Below are positions 28,316-32,000 of a stretch of 32,000 nt of DNA, piece by piece. The notes beneath the pieces were generated by a model. It made no database searches and was not told where the DNA came from. It saw nothing but the letters and a program-made list of their open reading frames with translations. The stretch is taken from the NCBI RefSeq assembly GCF_049243625.1, contig NZ_CP046975.1, one strand, 5' to 3'. Position 1 is the first letter of the stretch, and every line of letters starts with the position of its first letter. This DNA is from Corynebacterium amycolatum. GTDB taxonomy: Bacteria > Actinomycetota > Actinomycetes > Mycobacteriales > Mycobacteriaceae. Both the position numbers and the translations under genes were made by a program.

Positions 28316-29839
28316 GTGGAAGAAATGACTGCAGCTAACCCGAATCTGCATGCCGCTGTTGCTGAGGACCCGATTCTGGGGCTGAGCGCTTTCGAGCTCG
28401 CACAGAAGATTCACGCTCGTGAGCTGACCTCGGTAGAGGTCACCCAGGCGTTCCTCGACCGTATCGCGGCAATTGATGAGGACATTCACGCATTCCTGCA
28501 CGTCGGTGCCGAAGAGGCCCTGGCTGCAGCTCGCAAGGTCGATGAGTCGCTGGATGCTGGCGAGGAGCCGGCCTCCGCGCTGGCCGGTGTTCCGCTGGCA
28601 CTGAAGGATGTCTTCACTACCACCGATGCGCCGACCACCTGTGCTTCCAAGATGCTCGAGGGCTACATGAGCCCTTACGACGCAACGGTTACTGCCAAGC
28701 TGCGTGCAGCTGGCATCCCAATCCTGGGTAAGACCAACATGGATGAGTTCGCCATGGGCTCGTCGACTGAAAACTCCGCTTACGGCCCGACTCACAACCC
28801 GTGGGATGTTGAGCGCACCGCAGGCGGTTCCGGTGGTGGCTCTTCCGCGGCGCTGGCTTCCGGTATGGCTCCGCTGGCTATCGGTACTGACACCGGTGGC
28901 TCGATTCGTCAGCCAGCAGCTCTGACCGCAACGGTCGGCGTGAAGCCGACCTATGGCACGGTATCCCGCTACGGCCTGGTCGCTTGTGCCTCCTCGTTGG
29001 ACCAGGGTGGGCCGACCGCGCGAACCGTTCTGGACACCGCGCTGCTGCACGAAATCATTGCTGGTCACGACGAGAATGACTCGACTTCCACGGAGCAGCC
29101 GATTGCCGATGTGGTTGCTGCTGCCAAGGAAGGTGCTACCGGTGACCTCACGGGGGTTAAGGTCGGCATCGTCAAGCAGTTCGACCGCACCGAGGGTTAC
29201 CAGGCCGGCGTACTGGACAGCTTCCACGAGGCCGTCGACAAGCTTAAGGAAGCTGGCGCAGAGGTGGTCGAGGTCGATTGCCCGAACTTCGACCACGCAC
29301 TGAGCGCGTACTACCTGATTCTGCCGTGTGAGGTCAGCTCCAACCTGGCTCGTTTCGACGGCATGCGTTACGGCCAGCGTGTTGGTGATGACGGTTCGCA
29401 CTCGGCCGATGAGGTCATGGCTATGACCCGTGCCGCTGGTTTCGGCGATGAGGTTAAGCGACGCATCATCATCGGTACCTATGCGCTATCGGTCGGTTAC
29501 TACGACGCCTACTACATCCAGGCACAGCGCGTCCGTACCCTGATTCAGCAGGACTTCGAGCGGGCCTTCGAACAGGTGGATGTCCTGATCTCGCCGACCA
29601 CTCCGACCACTGCGTTTAAGTTGGGCGAGAAGGTTGACGACCCGCTGAGCATGTACATGTTCGACCTGTGTACTCTGCCGCTCAACCTGGCCGGCATGTG
29701 TGGCATGTCCGTGCCGTCGGGCCTGGCTGAAGACACCGGCCTGCCGGTAGGCCTGCAGATTATGGCTCCGCGCCACGGTGATGATCGTCTGTACAAGGTC
29801 GGCGCTGCCTACGAAAAGGTTCGCGGCTCGATTGCATAA
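28316..29839 (+). CDS. gatA: Asp-tRNA(Asn)/Glu-tRNA(Gln) amidotransferase subunit A
   Basis: The amidase signature is present ([25 protein letters not shown]). The start is either GTG 28316 or ATG 28325; AGGAG sits at 28308-28312. Confidence 0.95.
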   Translation: MEEMTAANPNLHAAVAEDPILGLSAFELAQKIHARELTSVEVTQAFLDRIAAIDEDIHAFLHVGAEEALAAARKVDESLDAGEEPASALAGVPLALKDVFTTTDAPTTCASKMLEGYMSPYDATVTAKLRAAGIPILGKTNMDEFAMGSSTENSAYGPTHNPWDVERTAGGSGGGSSAALASGMAPLAIGTDTGGSIRQPAALTATVGVKPTYGTVSRYGLVACASSLDQGGPTARTVLDTALLHEIIAGHDENDSTSTEQPIADVVAAAKEGATGDLTGVKVGIVKQFDRTEGYQAGVLDSFHEAVDKLKEAGAEVVEVDCPNFDHALSAYYLILPCEVSSNLARFDGMRYGQRVGDDGSHSADEVMAMTRAAGFGDEVKRRIIIGTYALSVGYYDAYYIQAQRVRTLIQQDFERAFEQVDVLISPTTPTTAFKLGEKVDDPLSMYMFDLCTLPLNLAGMCGMSVPSGLAEDTGLPVGLQIMAPRHGDDRLYKVGAAYEKVRGSIA

Positions 29840-29870
29840 AAGCGTTCAATAAGCCTTAGTCGGTTTTCTG

Positions 29871-29910
29871 CAACCGTCGTTTTCTCACTGAAGTGGGAGA
29901 GCGGCGGTTG
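29871..29910 (+). terminator. Strand-specific 18-bp hairpin after gatA (probable terminator or processing structure)
   Basis: caaccgtcgttttctcac-tgaa-gtgggagagcggcggttg forms 14 Watson-Crick pairs plus 4 G-U pairs. The G-U pairs form only in plus-strand RNA. It is followed by UUGUCGUGUC, a weak U-tract. Confidence 0.5.
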
Positions 29911-29936
29911 TTGTCGTGTCGGGGAGAGTTTCATAC

Positions 29937-31022
29937 ATGCGCAGGAACGCAAACATGGAGAGAGTTAGATTTAAAAACCCACCGCGGTTTATGCCGTGGA
30001 TCTATGGGCTGGTCATTGTCATAGCCATTGCCGTCAGTCTGGTCGCTGCGGTGGTCTTCGGCTCGGCGGATATCACCTGGTCCACCACGATACAGGTCAT
30101 CTCGCATCACATCTTCGGCACTGAGCTCGATGAATCTGTGCCCGCCAGTTCGGACACCATCATCTGGAACCTCCGCGCTCCCCGGGGAATTCTCGCAGCG
30201 ATTGTAGGGGCGGGGCTAGCTGTCTCCGGTGTGGCTATGCAGACATTGGTCCGTAACCCGTTGGCAGACCCGTATCTGCTAGGTATTTCTGCCGGCGCCG
30301 GCGCTGGTGCGACCGCGGTGATTATCTTTGGTGCTTTCTCCGGTAGCCCCATCGCGCCGCTGACATTCGGCGCACTCCTCGGTGCAGTCATGGCCACCCT
30401 CGCAGTCGGTGCTTTCGCCACTGCAGGCGGTGGGCTGACTCCGCTGCGCTTGGTGCTCTCTGGCGTTGTGCTCTCCGCTGCGTTTTCCGCGCTGAGTAGC
30501 TTCATGGTCTTCGCTGGGCCAGACCCGAGGGCCGCGCAGTCCGTGATGTTTTGGATGCTGGGCTCTGTTGCCGGTGCGACATGGCTGAAGACGCTCTTCC
30601 CGCTCATTGTCCTCATCGCAGTACTGTTGTTTTTCCTGGTCAAAGCCCGTCATCTGGATGCGTTGGCAACTGGTGAGAGCACTGCAGCGGCCGTAGGTAT
30701 TGACGTTTCTCGGCTACGCACACAGGTATTTGTGCTCCAGGCTGTCCTCGTTGGCACGCTTGTTGCGGTCTCGGGTGGCATCGGGTTTGTCGGCCTGGTG
30801 ATTCCACACTTGACCCGCATCTTGGTAGGGGCCACACACCGCGTTGTCCTACCGGTTGCTGCACTCATGGGTGGACTGTTTCTCATCTGGGTGGACATCA
30901 TCGCGCGCGTAGTGGGCGGAAGCCAGGAAATGCCGCTGGGAGTAGTCACGGGATTGGTTGGTGCACCACTTTTCCTATACCTCATGAGCCGTTCGCACTA
31001 CAGCTACGGAGGTGCCGAGTAA
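29937..31022 (+). CDS. FecCD-family iron-siderophore/cobalamin-type ABC transporter permease
   Basis: The ORF is trimmed to ATG 29937, with GGGGAGAG 8 nt upstream. It has about 9-10 TM helices, plus RNPLADPYLLGISAGAG and the C-terminal PLGVVTGLVGAPLFLYLM typical of FecCD/BtuC. Confidence 0.9.
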   Translation: MRRNANMERVRFKNPPRFMPWIYGLVIVIAIAVSLVAAVVFGSADITWSTTIQVISHHIFGTELDESVPASSDTIIWNLRAPRGILAAIVGAGLAVSGVAMQTLVRNPLADPYLLGISAGAGAGATAVIIFGAFSGSPIAPLTFGALLGAVMATLAVGAFATAGGGLTPLRLVLSGVVLSAAFSALSSFMVFAGPDPRAAQSVMFWMLGSVAGATWLKTLFPLIVLIAVLLFFLVKARHLDALATGESTAAAVGIDVSRLRTQVFVLQAVLVGTLVAVSGGIGFVGLVIPHLTRILVGATHRVVLPVAALMGGLFLIWVDIIARVVGGSQEMPLGVVTGLVGAPLFLYLMSRSHYSYGGAE

Positions 31023-31823
31023 ATGAGCGCCCCACAAAAATCTGTACTCGCCGCTAAAGATGTGCGCTGCGATATCGCTGGGCGCACCATTGTCAGCGGA
31101 GTCAACCTCAACTTCGGTGCAGAACCCATGACCGCCATCATCGGTGTTAACGGCGCGGGCAAATCCACGTTGCTGCGTGCGCTCGGTGGAATCACGAAAC
31201 CGGCCACGGGCGAGGTTGAGATTAACGGCAAATCGATGAGCTCAATCAGCTCGAAGCACCGCGCCCGCGATCTGGCTTTCGTCGCGCAGAACGAGGTTCC
31301 ACCCGCCGAAATGCGCGTGCGCGACTTTGTCTCCCTGGGGCGCTTGCCCTACCAGCGCCTTTTTGGTGGCAACACTGCCGAGGACAATTCCCACGTCGAC
31401 CGTGCGCTGGAGCTCGTGGGGTTGGAAGCGGTTGCGCAACGCCTGTGTGGGCAACTCTCGGGTGGGCAACGCCGTCGCGTGTGTCTGGCGCGTGCCATCG
31501 CCCAGGACTCGCCAATCATGCTTCTCGACGAGCCCACTAACCACCTCGACGTGCGCCATCAACAATCCGTCCTCCGTCTGGCCCGCTCCAGCGGAGCGTG
31601 TGTCATTGCCGCGATCCACGACTTGGACCTGGTGATGAACCACTTCGACCGCGTCATCGTGGTCGCGGACGGCGGTATCGCGGCCGACGGCATTCCCACA
31701 GAAGTGCTTACCCGCGACTTTGTCGCCCAAATCTTTCAGGTTGAATCCTGTCAGCTCAATTCCCCCGCTGGCCGCCGCCACCTCGCAATCGATAGCGAGC
31801 TGGATGCTGTCACCATCAACTAG
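31023..31823 (+). CDS. ABC transporter ATP-binding protein (FecE/FepC-like)
   Basis: Walker A GVNGAGKST, signature LSGGQRRRV, Walker B MLLDEPTNHLD and H-loop IHDL are present. ATG directly abuts the permease stop (TAAATG). Confidence 0.93.
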   Translation: MSAPQKSVLAAKDVRCDIAGRTIVSGVNLNFGAEPMTAIIGVNGAGKSTLLRALGGITKPATGEVEINGKSMSSISSKHRARDLAFVAQNEVPPAEMRVRDFVSLGRLPYQRLFGGNTAEDNSHVDRALELVGLEAVAQRLCGQLSGGQRRRVCLARAIAQDSPIMLLDEPTNHLDVRHQQSVLRLARSSGACVIAAIHDLDLVMNHFDRVIVVADGGIAADGIPTEVLTRDFVAQIFQVESCQLNSPAGRRHLAIDSELDAVTIN

Positions 31824-31833
31824 GAGTATTCCC

Positions 31834-32000
31834 ATGAATTACGGACACACTTTCCGACGTCCTCTTCGTGCCTCAGCAGCTGGTATCGCTGTGGCTGCTC
31901 TGGCATTCGGAGCCGCCGCCTGTGGCTCTGATGAGGGAACGCAGGCCTCGTCGTCAGGCCTTACTCTCACCAACTGCGGTGAAGAAGTTAGCTACCCGGG
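31834..32000 (+). CDS. 5' end of an ABC substrate-binding lipoprotein (siderophore-binding type), truncated by the window edge
   Basis: This is my own translation: MNYGHTFRRPLRASAAGIAVAALAFGAAACGSDEGTQASSSGLTLTNCGEEVSYPG. It has a signal peptide with lipobox FGAAAC. TAGGAG lies 7 nt upstream. It is absent from the ORF track because no stop falls within the window. Confidence 0.75.
   Translation, partial: MNYGHTFRRPLRASAAGIAVAALAFGAAACGSDEGTQASSSGLTLTNCGEEVSYP

Noticed and set aside
29845-29863. Candidate DtxR/IdeR iron box upstream of the FecCD permease gene.
   Set aside because: Only 9 of 19 positions match the remembered consensus, which is not distinguishable from chance.

Overview
This is a GC-rich actinobacterial chromosome segment, almost certainly Corynebacterium (order Mycobacteriales). 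That call rests on gene content and on gene order remembered from C. glutamicum and M. tuberculosis.

Gene order is as follows:
- a partial upstream ORF, nucS, and a coupled basic Zn-ribbon-like ORF
- methylmalonyl-CoA epimerase divergent from an MTH1187-family protein
- a Cys-less thioredoxin-fold/TPR protein
- a PGPGW membrane protein divergent from a class-A beta-lactamase-fold lipoprotein
- glgB and glgE on the minus strand
- an orphan ABC ATPase, a NUDIX hydrolase and a THUMP-like SAM methyltransferase
- etfB and etfA
- a cysteine desulfurase and mnmA
- a MetE-like protein
- a TetR regulator divergent from an MMPL transporter
- a DnaQ-like exonuclease divergent from ligA
- glgP
- an ACT-domain protein divergent from gatC and gatA
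- an iron-siderophore-type ABC importer (FecCD permease, ATPase, 5' end of a binding lipoprotein)

I call about 30 CDS. I could not recognise any rRNA, tRNA, CRISPR array, IS element, integrase or phage gene.

The window is mostly conserved housekeeping backbone. Three small lineage-variable inserts appear to sit in it: 3346-5377, 18606-21686 and 24629-26995.

I do not see a convincing self-contained novel multi-gene system. The leads most worth a second look are:
- the nucS-coupled basic zinc-ribbon ORF
- the Glu166-less beta-lactamase-fold lipoprotein with a Ca-binding-type tail and a long structured leader
- the (His-X)n tail and tandem upstream repeats of the Trx-fold/TPR protein
- the ABC-ATPase/NUDIX/methyltransferase triad
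- several structured or repeat-bearing intergenic regions

All family calls come from motifs read in the translations. No database search was possible.
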